Below are positions 18,501 through 31,761 of a stretch of DNA of 64,000 bases, one piece after another. The notes under the pieces are model-generated. The model had not been told where the DNA came from. It made no database searches and saw only the letters and a program-made list of their open reading frames with translations. The stretch is from assembly GCA_002269645.1 (NCBI GenBank), contig NIVC01001122.1:62001-126000 (forward strand), given 5' to 3'. The stretch comes from Macrostomum lignano. Its lineage: Eukaryota. The translations under genes and the position numbers were made by a program. The number at the start of each line of letters is the position of its first letter. The stretch's first letter is position 1.

Positions 18501-21500
18501 CCGTGCTGCTTCTGCTGCCGCCTGGCCCCCAGCAGCTGGCTAGCAACGTCGGACAGGACGCAAACCAGCTGGTTAAAAATGGCTGGCAACTGACGCGATC
18601 GAGCCGCCGAATCTTCAACCGGATGTCGTCGACTAAGAATATCGGCCGACGATGACGACACCGCTGACGACTGGATGACAGGCGAGCAGAGGTCGGCCGG
18701 ACTGGGCATGAGGTGCAGCACCCGGAACCAGGCCTGCCGCACGGTCTCCTGGCCAAGCTCGCTACACACCAGCTGGTGAGGCGAGCGCTTCGCCCCGCCT
18801 AGAAGAGACTCGGTGAGCTCCCGAACAGCGTCGCCCCACTTAGCCGCCACCTCCTCGTGATGCCGCCAGCCGGCCAGCAGTTCGCGGAACGTTTTCCACA
18901 GCGGCGGCCTCGGGAAATGATTGCGGCAGGCTAGTAGCCAGGTGCGCATCAGTACGTCTATGACGCGTTTGCACTGCTCTGCCCAGTGATCTGCGGTATG
19001 TTTTTTTAGGTTTTGTTCGTGATATTTACATAGCGGTGGTTCTCATAAGTGCTTTATGAATGTAACTACACCTAAACAAGTTGTATAGTCATTAAACGCT
19101 CCTAAATTCGCAACATTTCTGTCTACCTGGGTCACTCTTTGTTCCTAAATCTTCCTCTGCCACTCTTTGTTCCTAGATCTTCATCTGTCACTCTTTGTTC
19201 CTAAATCTTCATCTGTCACTCTTTGTTCCTAGATCTTTATCTGTCACTCTTTGTTCCTAGATCTTTATCTGTCACTCTTTGTTCCTAGATCTTCGTCTGT
19301 CACTCTTTGTTCCTAGATATTCATCTGTCACTCTTTGTTACTAGATCTTTATCTGTCACTCTTTGTTCCTAGATCTTCATCTGTCACTCTTTGTTCCTAA
19401 ATCTTTATCTGTCATTCTTTGTTCCTAGATCTTCGTCTGTCACTCTTTGTTCCTAGATATTCATCTGTCACTCTTTGTTACTAGATCTTTATCTGTCATT
19501 CTTTGTTCCTAGATCTTCGTCTGTCACTCTTTGTTCCTAGATATTCATCTGTCACTCTTTGTTACTAGATCTTTATCTGTCACTCTTTGTTCCTAATTTC
19601 TTCATCTGTCACTCTTTGTTCCTAGATCTTTGTCTGTCACTCTGTTTCTAAATCTTCATTTGTCACTTTTTGTTTCAAGATCTTTGTCTGTCACTCTTTG
19701 TTCATAGATCAATCTCAGTGACTTTTCTAATATCTAACAAGTACTAGTACTATCTACATCCAATTGGCACTCTGTGATCCCATGTTTCAACTCTCAAATT
19801 CCAACATCTCTCAGTCAGTCTTCAGCTTCTACGAGTACTTTTCTATTGTTTAAAGTCAAAATTGACAAACATTGCTTTTTTACTTTGTGCATCAGACAAC
19901 AGTAGCCACTCTTGCAATAAATTAACAAAGAATTAGTAGACGACAGCTATTGCTAATAAAATTAAGTACTTGAAATCATCAGCTACGGAAGGCTAAAACA
20001 GAATGTGCATCATTCTCTGTTACAAGAAAGATTTTCAAAACAGTTAAAAAAGAACTAATGTAGATAGTCAGATTCTAAGGTATGAAAATACACCTGCTAC
20101 TATACTTTCCTAAGTTTTTATGTTTTTTTTTGTTTTAATATCGAGTCTACATATACAACAGATTTTTTCAGCTTAGGCTGATATTTTATTTTATTTAGGG
20201 CAGCTCAGTTTTAATCAACTTTGAAATAACTTACGCTCGTTTCTAAGTCTGGTTGCTGATTAAAAAACGATTAAAAGGTCCGGCTGCTTCTTATAGTAAA
20301 CTAAGCATTGTAGGTAAGTATTGGAAAAAATGAAAATTTGTATGGGTTAAATAGTGGCATATTGACATATTAAAATTAAAAACAACACAAGGTTTGTTTT
20401 TTTGAAGCATTGGTTCAGAAGCTATAATACTGGCGGTGCATGCAAACACACATGGGGCACTGGGAACTCCATCTCCGGCTAAAAACTGCAGATTGATGCC
20501 AAAATAGTGCGACTTTTGAGGGAAGCGTAGCGTAGCCTGATTAAGAGGCAGATTCAGTGAGGGAAGGCAGCGGAGAGGCAGATTCAGTGAGGGAAGGCAG
20601 CGGAGAGGCAGATTCAGTGAGGGAAGGCAGCGGAGAGGCAGATTCAGTGAGGGAAGGCAGCGGAGAGGCAGATTCAGTGAGGGAAGGCAGCGGAGAGGCA
20701 GATTCAGTGAGGGAAGGCAGCGGAGAGGCAGATTCAGTGAGGGAAGGCAGCGGAGAGGCAGATTCAGTGAGGGAAGGCAGCGGAGAGGCAGATTCAGTGA
20801 GGGAAGGCAGCGGAGAGGCAGATTCAGTGAGGGAAGGCAGCGGAGAGGCAGATTCAGTGAGGGAAGGGAGCGGAGAGGCAGAGTGACTTTCTAGAAAGTC
20901 CATCACTCCAAAGTCAAAGGCAACACAGGCATAAAACCGAACATAAAGCACCGGGCCCAAAATACAAATAACTGATGCCAGAAGCTGGCCACTGCACCTT
21001 CCGCCAGCGCCTCTTTAAAGGTGTTCACGGAGCTCTTGGACCGTTTGGAGTCTTCCAACGAGTGCTGGCGCAGGGCCAGGGCTGTAAAGCAATTTAATAA
21101 AAATATGGAACAGGCATCCAGATAGATATAAAACAGCATTAAACACAGCTTGTGCATCAATCATATATAAGCAGGCTTTACGATCGCAAAATTAGCTATA
21201 AACTTTATATACTCAGGATTTAAAAAATGGATTTTAACAGTGCCACTGGAAACATTCGCTGCATAATATTAAATTCATTCATGCAAATAGCTTGTAGAAG
21301 ATGCTTTTAATCTAGACAAAAAGCCAATCCAACTGACTCACACTGCTCCTTGGAGTCGCGCGGCTCAGTAAGAATGACGTCATTAACGATGAGCAGAAAT
21401 TCGAGAATAGTCTCCCAGGTCTCCGGCGTGATTATGCGAGACTTCTCAGTGATCTCAACGCATTTCAATAGTACATTCTTGCACACGGTAAGCTGATAGC

Positions 21501-22119
21501 GAAGCCCATCGTCGGCTACTGCTCCGCCGCCGCCGCTGCCAAGAATGTTCCCTGCGCTGCTGCCTCCGCCCACGCTGCCGCCGCCGCCGCTGCCTCCTCG
21601 ATCAACAAGCGCCGACGTCAGAGACGGTTGAGACGCGCCAAACTGAGCAGCAGAACGGCCGCCGCCAGTCAGGTCTCTGCGCGGCACAAACACATTGAAC
21701 AGGTGGGCGAGCATGCGCCTACAGTATAGGTTGGGATCCTCTTTCAGCATCCGGGGAATAGTGACTTCATCGCGCAGCTCGGCCTCGGGTAGCAGCATGA
21801 TGCCTAGCCAGTGGCAGTAGATCCTGCTGGCTCTGCTGACTGTCTCGTCCGTGTCTGCGGGACTCGCTCGGCTAAATGGTAGGGTGAGGCCGTAGCAGAT
21901 GGCTTCCATTGTCCAGGCCACTTCCTGCTGTGTGTCTAGGCACACCGAATTGTTTCTATTGATGACACTGTCGTATAGGCTTTTTACAGTGCAGGCAGCG
22001 ACTTGGCGGCCAACATCTGGCGGGTAGGCATGCAGCACCGAGCGCTGCCAGCAGCGGTCAGCAGTGTTGCGAAAGCGGTCATAAATGCGCTTGCGCAGGC
22101 TCTCCCAGGACTCATACAT
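12565..22119 (-). CDS. RALGAPB: Ral GTPase-activating protein subunit beta, 5' part. Exons 22119-21342, (optional 21081-20998), 18990-18348, 16692-16536, about 15009-14661, about 13774-13623 and 13019-12565; presumably continues left of the window
   Basis: MYESWESL...SVLHAYPPDVGRQVA...EVAWTMEAICYGLTLP, WLLAC...PPLWKT...WRHH, GRAEACG.LCRLF and QC.RP...HSR.LHS.IVA...LEIIELGLSGSKS match RALGAPB as recalled. All junctions are GT-AG and phase-compatible. Confidence 0.93.
13308..13571. repeat. 51-bp intronic minisatellite x5
   Basis: CAGCAACCGGCTGCGCCAGCCCCAGCTACAGCAGCTGGCACTGGACTATGC. Confidence 0.95.
14120..14610. repeat. 21-bp intronic minisatellite (AAGGGATCGAATAGGGGATTT)n
   Basis: Read directly. 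Confidence 0.93.
15065..16440. repeat. 21-bp intronic minisatellite (GGGATTTGGAATATTAGCATA)n, about 65 copies
   Basis: Read directly; source of the spurious IPMLIFQ ORFs. Confidence 0.96.
16860..18310. repeat. GTCACTGA-based intronic minisatellite (about 16-bp unit, grading into composite units)
   Basis: Read directly. Confidence 0.93.
19135..19710. repeat. 28-bp intronic minisatellite (TCTGTCACTCTTTGTTCCTAGATCTTCA)n
   Basis: Read directly. Confidence 0.93.
20545..20884. repeat. 30-bp intronic minisatellite (GAGGCAGATTCAGTGAGGGAAGGCAGCGGA)n, about 11 copies
   Basis: Read directly; nearly invariant. Confidence 0.96.
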
Positions 22120-23104
22120 GCCGCCATGCAATACAGTGTGGGATAGAGCAGATACAAAATTGGTTAATTCCTAACATTTAGCCCAATTTGGCACCTGGAT
22201 TCAAGGTAAACACAACCATTTACTATAACAATCGATCAGAATTGTTAAGCATATAGTGTTTTCATTGGAAACCTATGAAGAAAAATAAGGTCAACATTAG
22301 GCTTTAAAAGGATATAAAATATGTTGCAAGAAAAAATTCTAAAATTGGAATTTAGTAGCTAAAGCTAATAGAATATATACAAGCTATTTATATATACAAA
22401 ATCATGCTATGGCTTATGTACATACACAAGTTACAAGTTGTACATACACATACATACACCTGTTATGTACAGGCTGTGTGGCTTACTTTTTTAACCAAAA
22501 ATGCGACTTACGTATGAAAAAAACCTAAGAAAATAAACATAATTTTGGGTAAACAGGGAGTAACTATGACTGTATTATTGAGGCCAAATACTTGGCCATC
22601 TAATAATTACTACATGCAGATTTTTGGGTGGGCATTTTTGTGACTTACCTTGGCTGGGCCCTCTGGCTTGGCCGGGTGTTGCGCATGCATGCTATGTATA
22701 GTGGAAACTTAGTTATTTCTATTGCTATTGGCAGGGACTTTTGCAATAAATTAACACAGAAGGGATAGAAAGCTTGACTATAGTGATTAGCAGTAGGAAT
22801 ACCAATTTTTCCGCCTATCACACTACCAAGGGGGGGATCCCTTCCCAACAATTTTTCGCTACACCAGAATGGAGCAACGCAGACACATGAACTTCAAGAA
22901 CTGTGGCTAACTTTTTTGTTGCACACCTTCTCAAACAAGAATCAAGTCGCCAGCCCTCCGAATTATCGAGATATTCAACTATTGTGCTAGAAGATAGGAT
23001 TTTTCCCATAAGCACTAATGTATTAAATACAGCGCAAATCAGCAATGCACCTCAGTGCAGCCTTGCCAAGGCTCCAAATTTCATCAGAACATTGATTGGT
23101 TGCA

Positions 23105-23361
23105 AATATGTCAGATATGTCTTATCAAGCTTCAATGATATGTCAGATATTTCTTATCAAGCTTCAATGATATGTCAGATATTTCTTATCAAGCTTCAAT
23201 GATATGTCAGATATTCCTTATCAAGCTTCAATGATATGTCAGATATTTCTTATCAAGCTTCAATGATATGTCAGATATTTCTTATCAAGCTTCAATGATA
23301 TGTCAGATATTTCTTATCAAGCTTCAATGATATGTCAGATATTTCTTATCAAGCTTCAATA
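23105..23361. repeat. 32-bp minisatellite (ATATGTCAGATATTTCTTATCAAGCTTCAATG)n, about 8 copies
   Basis: Read directly. Confidence 0.93.
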
Positions 23362-24257
23362 ATGGGGGCAAACCTCAACTGCTGGACATCCTCAGCTAGT
23401 CTTTCAAACATTCCACCATCTTGATCAGTGAAACTCAATAAATTTTCAGTTTAGCATGTCTATAGTCACTTAGTGCCACCTGTTGAAAGTCCAAAAGCTC
23501 CATCTAGATGAAGGCCAGGAAGTCAGAGCTGATGCAGACATTTTTGGTTGATGTACTAATGAAATCTAGATGCTTGGCAAGGCTGCACTGAGGCGCAGTG
23601 CTGATTGGCACTGGCGCTTATGGAAAAATACAACCTTCTGGCAGATTGCAAAATAGTCAAATATCTGGATAGTCTAGAAGACTAGCAACTTGATTATTGT
23701 TGAGGTGTATAACAAAGTTAGCCTATGTTCTTGAATTTTGTGCCTGCATTGCTTCATTTCAGTGTAGCAAAAAAATCTGGGAAGAGGGAAATTAGGAATC
23801 CCTTTGGTAATTCTACTGTCAAATAGTTTTGGCATCATTTCATTGCATTCATTCAATGTCTAGTGTTTCCTAGTAAGCATCTAAGTCTCATAGGATTGTT
23901 GAAATTCTTTGGCTTATAAAGAGAATTTTTGATATTCCAAGGGTCAATTGAAAGTTTTTGATAGGCCAAGTATCAAAGTGAGAATAAGAAAGGGTTAAGC
24001 CATGGTTAAATGGAGACTTTGATACCAAAGCTTAAAGGATATTGACATCTTAGGCTTAATAGAGCCTAGGACCTAGCTTTTAAAGCAGATATTTTTCTAA
24101 TAATATTTTCCTTAAGAAGTAAGATATAATCACTATATAAAGCAATAAGCTTTATAGTTTATTGAAAAATTCAATCTTTTTTTTGTTGTCTACCTAATAA
24201 AGGCAAAGATAATTAATCACTTGGGTTGCCACAAAGGTTAGGTTGAGTTTATTCATA

Positions 24258-24545
24258 AAGGGTTGTAGCCTAATGGTTAAAGTATTAGACTCATACTTGA
24301 AAGGTCAATAGTTTAATTTTTTACTCATTTGGAACAATTTGGATTCTTGAATAAATCATTTAACTTTGTATTGCTTCAGTTCACTTAGCTATAAAATGAG
24401 TTCTATCATTAGCTACAAGGTAATGTGGTATGTGTAACAACCCCCTAGTTAGATGTGTAATTAAAATACACAGGCACAACATTTAGATGGAAACTTCGAC
24501 CTCAATTAACATACTAATAATTCAAGTTAATTGACAGTCTGCCAT
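24258..24545 (+). mobile_element. Decayed tRNA-derived SINE; its 3' part recurs at about 32013-32107
   Basis: A-box-like GTAGCCTAATGGTTAAAG head, core-like CAGTTCACTTAGCTATAAAATGAGT, and about 95 bp shared almost perfectly with 32013-32107. Confidence 0.5.
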
Positions 24546-25192
24546 TGAGTTCTATCATTAGCTACAAGGTAATTGAGGGTATGTGTAGCAACCCCCTAGT
24601 TTTTAGATTAAATAGCCATATTCAACCTTCAAATGTATTGTACAATAACTAGAGCTCAGTTATTGGTTGTATATCTGGCTATTAAGGCTAGTATAATCCA
24701 TTATTATTATTATTAATTATCTAAGTTAGGTTTTTAACACATTGTCATCTCTACATATAAATCAAAACTTATATTATATATAATGGTTTTGATAGGCCTA
24801 ATCATTAGGATTAGTCTAATAGTAATACTAGTAATAGTATAATTATTTTAGAACACATCAAATTTAATTTTGATATCCTGACTTTGAACATGAGAACCAA
24901 ATTGGCATACTAATTGTAATGCATAGTGGCATAAACTCAGTCATGGCATTGTATAAAGAGCCATGGCACAATATGGCACAATAGTACTCTAAGCAAAAAC
25001 AAAGAGAGATAAGGCTAGGGCTTAGCATGCCAAATGATGTCATCCCTTTGTGGCACATTTAGTGTAGGCATCTGGCACACTTAAACCATGCACTGCAATA
25101 GGAATTGGCATCTTATTTTTGAAGCTAGAATCAAGATGCAACTTAATTAAGTTTCATATATTTTTATAATTGATTAATCTAGGCCTATTTAC

Positions 25193-28100
25193 CCATGGTG
25201 CAGAAGGATTTCTGTGTACGACGGAAGGCAAATTTCAGTTTTAGCCTGCTGTACGACAGTACGACACAAGTGAACTAAGTAATTTTTTTTTGTACGACAA
25301 ACTACAATGCAGAAACCCACATACTCCCGACCCAGACAAAGAGTAATAATAAGTTGTAAGTGGTAATAACAAGTTTACAAGTAATTGAAGTAATATTAAT
25401 TATGAATGATTCAATTAAATGAATTTATCAATTGGCATTATTGTCGCCGTCTTTGGGCTTCTGCTTCCGACGGCCGATGAATGGCACACGGGAAACAGCT
25501 GCTGCGCGCCTCTGCAGCACCTTGCCGATGGCGTCCTTAGTTTTGGCAGCAAAAAACGGACTCCAATGTGGACGAATCCCACGGCTTTTGTCGCCTTTAA
25601 AAAAAAGTTTCGCAGAGTCGTCGAGAAATTCTTCGCATGCATCGCCGCCCATGGGTGGTAGCAACCAAGCTAACTTAGCGCGAAGCTGAAGGGTGTCGTT
25701 GGTTTGGCCTCCCTGTTGCTGTTGCGACCGCATAGTCGAGTAGAAGCTCTCGACAATCGCTTCTGGAAGAAAAAGGCGGAAAAATATGTAGATGAAATTC
25801 TGATCAAATCTGACTGACTTGCCCAAGGTGACATTAGTTAATTTGTAGATAGCAACTGGAATTTGCAACTCACCAGTGCCACCTCGGTGTAGTGCAAAAT
25901 CAAGTAGTGCACATGTTGCAGGGCCGGCTCGCTGGAAAACGTCTGGGTCGGCATAGAAAGACGCATAAACTGCTGCTTCGTCCACCACAACAGATGAAAA
26001 TTCACCACCTGCTGTCGAACCCGATAGATGCAGCAATAACTGACGTGCCAAAGTGGGTGCTGCTACTTTTAAATCCGTCAGTGGCCCGTTGATGGAAGGC
26101 ACCAGCCAGCTACTGCGGCCTTCACCCGTGAAAATGACGTGGCGTATAGTGTCCACAAAGTTCGCAGCATACCTAAGTTTAGTGGACAAAAAATAAAATT
26201 AAATACAATTCGATTTCGTTACATTTTTCTGTAGCAAAGTGGTCTTGAAATATGTGATTTCCAGCCTCACACTAGTTATAGTACCAGTGCATTTATAGTT
26301 TTGATTGTGAAGGAGCTCACCTTCGGGCCATGGGAACTTTCAGATGAGCCAGGTGCTTATGCTTGACTGCCTCGGTCACAAGCCGCTTAAAGGCGGGAGC
26401 GCACTGGTCTGCAAACTCTTCTGCTGCAACTTCAGGGTCCCTGCATGCAATGGCACGGATGATGGCAGCTGCATCGAAGGAGGCACAATCAGAGGTGCTC
26501 GGGTCGCAGCAGCGTTGAATGCGAGCAACGAAGCTGCGGTGAAGTGCCCCGGCAAGCTTCTGTGTATCACGTGCAATGTCCTGAGGAAGGAGGAAGAAGG
26601 ATGGAGCTGAATAATGAAGCACAAAGGAGAATATGGTAACTTTGGCAGAGTACATAATATAATGATTGCACAAGCTTACCTCCATGTCTCGAGCGCGCCA
26701 CTGATCCTGGTCAGAGGCAGAGCCAGCAACCGGCTTTTTTACTTTGAGCCAGCCGTCCAGCAGAGTCACGCCATCAAATGTGCCACCAACGTGCAGATTG
26801 TCGATGTGCTCATGCAGCGTGGGGTAGTCCTCACTACGAAACTGCTCTGCATGGACATGGAGGAACTCAGCTACCAATGGCCATAAGGTAGACACTTTCC
26901 AGTGGGGCAGCTGAAGATTCTGCGCAATCTCCATAAGAGCTCTGTGCAAGTGTTATGTGTTTGGAGTAAGTAGGTAATCAAAAAGTTGATCCCATAGTAA
27001 TTTTACTACCCACAAGGCATATAAATCAACTTACTTGATTGGCGCAAAGAGATCCAGGTAGCCCAACAAGTCGCACACAAAATCAAATCCGAACATTATG
27101 TACGGCTGTGGGTCGTTATCTCTGACTCGTGGTTTCTCGGCTCGAAATGCGGCATGCAGATCGCCGTAGCAGCGAAAGATGGTCTGCCATTGGTTCATGG
27201 CTGAACTGGTAAAGCGCTGCGAGGCAAATGATGAAATTGCTCCGGCATGGTCCTCGGAAGCAATCTGTTTTTTTACAAACAAAGAATTTGGAGTAGTTTT
27301 ATAGCAAACGTATATCTAAAACCCTCGGTAAACTATTCAGTTAGACATTCAGGTTGCATACTTACTTCCAAAGCCGAACGGCCACGCCCGTGGCCAAAAA
27401 GATGCGGAAACAGGTTTGCCCTGTCAATAAAATCCTGCAACGCCTCTCCGTCGTCACTATCGCGCACGTTAGTCACGGCCAGGTTTATAAAGTGGGCCGG
27501 GTCCCAGTTAATTGGGATCTCATAGTCGGCTCCGGCCTCCTTCAGCTTCTCAAATATTGCCGTTTTAAAAGGCGCAGTTTGATATTGCCCGTCGGCAATG
27601 ACGCCCACAAGACGATCAATGGGCAAATCAAAGTTCGCCAGACCTTGAAAAAGCCGCTGCACCAGAACGGGGCCGCTGCCGTCCATCTCTTTGGAATAAA
27701 CGGCCGGGGCGCCACCTGGGATAGCAACGGCGTCACCAGTCTCGCACCTGTTAGGGGTTATCCGTTTTAAGGAGGTAGTAAAAGTAATATTTAAGTGGCG
27801 GATACTCCTAATGTACATTACTTTTCCTTCTTCCTCCCTACTTACCTGGCCAACACCATAACAGCTTGGTTAGTGATGCGACCTGGTGTGCTTTTGTCGC
27901 AAGCAATGGCGTAGCAGGGAGGACATCCGGTGGACGGCAGTGGGGTCTGCAGGAACTCAGCCGTATACTTGTCAGCGGTGACCTCAAACAACGACCACAA
28001 CTCCTTGTTAAACTCCCTAGTTGGATGCATAGTGGGTGGTAAATTAACAAATAGCGTACAAAATAACCATAGCTTAGCTAATGGCATACAGATACAAACC

Positions 28101-31100
28101 ACATAATATGGTACATACCGGCCGTGGCCCCGCTGGCCAACTTCAGCGTCCGACCGATAAAGCATGCTCACGAACGTCTCATAGTGCTTACTAGCTGACG
28201 CTGATTCGATATTGGCAACAGAGCAACGCAAAAGGCGCCGAACAGTTCCTGAGACGCGCTTCTCTTCAATCTTGCGGTCCGCATACTTCTTCATAGCTTT
28301 CACATGGCCGACAGCCTCGATACCAGAGAGATGTTTCACTATCCTATAACGAAGCCGGGAGAATGCCTCGCCACACGCAAGGATCTCAGTCATTTCCAGC
28401 TTTGTAATGAGCTGCCCTCGTGCAAGCGTGCCCATCGACTTGGGGTTTCTATAAGAAGTTAGAGAAATGAAAGTTTATAATAAATAAATGGAAAAGGCCA
28501 ACTGGATTGTCTTATTGCCTGTTAGATAAAAGTACATACAATGGACTTACAAAGTGCTGTGCCTCTCCGCAACAGTCAACTTTGGCGAGAAGGCCGTGCC
28601 TTCCATTAAAACGTTGTAGCACGGGACACAGTATAAAATTGTGTCCTCACCGCAAGGTGCTGTGGCGAGCATCTCGTTCTCCAGGAGCTCGGCCATGTTG
28701 CTAGCCACAATTGGCGGCACTTTTGGTAAGTTTTGTCCCCGAGAGTTTGAGCTGGAGGTAGCCTGTGACAGCGCCAAGTCCCGAACAACATTTAGTATAA
28801 TCGGAAGTAGGGCAAGTTGTCGGGCTGCCTCCGCCATTTTAATTTCCAGCCCAGTGACAATTGCCAAAAGATCCCGACCTGACGTGCTTGATGATGCTGT
28901 AGATGCAGCCTCAGCAGGACTGGGAAGGATAGGTGAAGCATCAGCAAGCTGCCTAACAAATGAGCTGGATCTTTGGTCAACGGCGGATGATTCCAGTACT
29001 TCAATGTTTACTACCAGATTTGTCTTTGGTCCCTCAGACTGCTGCTGCTCTGCCTCAGGCTCAGTGGTCATTGGAACTTCAGGACGTTCAGGTGACTCTT
29101 CATCACTGGCACTTTCAACCTCCAGCACCTCATGGCTGACCATGGCCTTTGTGATGCGTTTTTTTACCTGCTTCTCATTCTCATTGGCAGGCCTGGCAGC
29201 AATTAGGTCGCGAACATCAGCATGGTCAGGTCTGCAATATGTTAAAATCTTATTGGCTGGGTCTTCTTTGTGCCAGCGACTCCGATGAGTTTTTCTGCTA
29301 CTACCATTGTTTCGATAAATGCGGCAGTTGGACAGTGGAAGCCCTCGCTGAAGGCAATCCACACAGTAATGTGGGTCACACACAGTTCCGCGAGGCTTCT
29401 TAGTTGGTGGCTCTTCAGTTTGTGCAGATGAAGACGCTGCATGAGACAAACTCAGTGGACGCTTTGATTTTGCTTGTACTTGCACATTAGCCTGTTGCTG
29501 TTGGCGTTGCCGCTGTGCCTGTTGCATGATTGGCATATGGGCCCAAGCACACTCAGCAGCCTTCGCCTTCTCTACTACTGCCTCTGGCTCTGCCTGGTCA
29601 GCCTGGTCCTGGATACTAGCTTGCAAAGCTGCAGCTAGTGGTGTCTCTGTCTCAGACTGATTTTCTTCAGAGCCAGAACTTGATGTGCTACTGCTACGAG
29701 ACATTATAGAGATTAATTTTGGCACAATAAATCAAAAAGCAAATGCTGAATAGCTGAATTTAGCTGAAAGACAAGTTAATTTTTTTGGCAATCAGCATTT
29801 AATTTAGTATTATTAGTTATGACCAAATCTAATCAATAAGTAAGCATAAACCAAACTAGTTATCAGTTGAATAAAAATATGGTTTTGTTTACAAAAATTA
29901 AATAAATAATTATAATTATACTTATAGAAATTTAGGAAATAAAGATTAGACATTTAGTAATAGGATATAATTAATGCACATTTCAATATATTTTGTTTTT
30001 TTTATAAAATAATTTCATATACTATACTGTACCATTCTACAATCTAGCTCTACCAAATGTTCTACTCAACTCTACCAAATATAATCAATTGCATAATTTT
30101 ATACAACTCAATTACTCAATCTAGTCAACTTACAATACAATACAATAGCAAAATTTGCTATGAATTTAGAATTACTAAAAGACTAAAAGTAAAGGTAATA
30201 AGATAAATTTATACACTTGTCAATGTCAAGTCAACTTGGAAGTTGTATTTGCTAAAGTTGCTGCCAAGCACCTGAAGTTTTGTCTCAAATTAGTTGCAGA
30301 CTTGCAGTAGGCCCTAATTTATATATATTCACTTCTTTTCTTTCATGAAACGAAGCAAAACTTGGTGTCTCTTGGCTAGATGGCTATTAGCTACTTCTAC
30401 TTGTTATTTCGTAAGAAATATTTGTTGGTTTCAAGCCAAGCAATAAGCCATAGCTGTCAACTTAATTACTATGTCTTTACTCAATACTCAAGTACTCAAC
30501 TGTCAACTTCAACTTGTCAAGTAAAGTCAAATTTGACAAATAAAAAATGCATTTAATTAATTAATTACTAATTATTAAAAGAAAGTGATAAGATAATTTT
30601 ATAAACTTGTCTAATGTCAACTCAATTACTGAAATTGTGAAATTACACAACTGACAACTTGAACTTTTAAAATAAAAACTTGCAACTAAGATTAAGAACA
30701 AGAAGTTAAGTTAAGAACTAGAATTAGAACAGAACACTAGAAGTTCTAGAACTAATTTATGAAGGTAAAAGTGATAAAATGTTTAAAAAATAAACTTGAA
30801 AGAATCACCAGATGTCCAGACAGACACAGACACGAGACACGAGTCAGTCAGTCAGACAGACCAGTCAGTCAGTCACTAGTCACTTTCACTAACTCAAAGT
30901 CTCAAACAACAAACTGTCACAAGTGTCACTTGACAGTTGACCTTGTCATTTGTCAACAGTCAAAGTCAATGAGTCAACTGCAACAATGCAACATGCAACT
31001 CAACTCAACAGTCTCAACTTAATTAATTACTCAACTTGTTACTCGTACTAACTACTAATAAATTTACTTGTCAAAGTTGAAAAATTACAAATTGCTAGTT

Positions 31101-31761
31101 TAAGTTTTGCAACAAATTAAGAAAACTTAAAAGTTACTTTTAGTTGTAGCTTGTAGTATAGTATATAGTGCTAGTGCAGTGCAGAGTGCATAGCCATAGA
31201 TTATAGAAAAGTAAAAGTTATAAGGGATAAGACAAAAGACATTAGTCAGATCAGATCTTATCTTAGATCACATCACGATCACGAGAGACGAGACTGACCG
31301 GAGGACGAGAATTACAAGATCAGATGATTATGAATTAATTCACATTCACAATTCAATTCCCAGTAACACGATACAACGATACGCATTTCAAAAAAGAAAT
31401 AAACAAGGTTAAGATTAAAACAACGGATGCACATTTGTGTGGCCTTGAATATAAAAATGTGAAATTTGGTGCCACATAATAAAAAATTATTATTAAGTAT
31501 GCCAAGATTATATTTTATTTGTGCCTCGTAAAAAGAACTTTGAATAAATTTAATTTAATTATGAAAACGAAATTGTATTTTTAAATGCCTATGCATATAG
31601 CTTTCTAGTCAGAGATGTACGACAGTGACAGTGTGGCCAACGACGGTACGACATGTACGACAAAGAGCCCTTGCAAAAATGAACGATGTACGACATGTAC
31701 GACAACCAACCTCAATGTACGACGGAAATTTCCGTCGTACACCCGTCCTTCTGCACTATGG
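25193..31761 (-). mobile_element. Autonomous-type hAT DNA transposon, 6569 bp
   Basis: TIR CCATGGTGCAGAAGGA / TCCTTCTGCACTATGG (1 mismatch); 8-bp TSD CTATTTAC at 25185-25192 and 31762-31769; subterminal TGTACGAC motifs at both ends. Confidence 0.92.
25428..29704 (-). CDS. hAT transposase, about 1140 aa, 9 exons (29704-28551, 28448-28119, 28016-27846, 27747-27366, 27264-27035, 26941-26680, 26580-26321, 26172-25874, 25762-25428)
   Basis: All junctions GT-AG and phase-compatible, 3423 nt in total. Motifs ACDKST, VIADGQY, WDPAH and EAIVESFYS, plus N-terminal CxxC motifs. Confidence 0.85.

Noticed and set aside
20541-20960. SASPLPSLTE repeat ORF as a RALGAPB exon
   Set aside because: Perfect 30-bp minisatellite with no supporting splice pair; not needed for frame.
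22645-22700. Upstream RALGAPB exon ending at CAAG|GTAAGT (about 22649)
   Set aside because: Good donor, but no convincing acceptor found before the ATG at 22119, so it cannot be supported.
24258-24330. tRNA gene
   Set aside because: Only a degenerate A-box-like head; no intact B box or cloverleaf, so treated as a SINE remnant.
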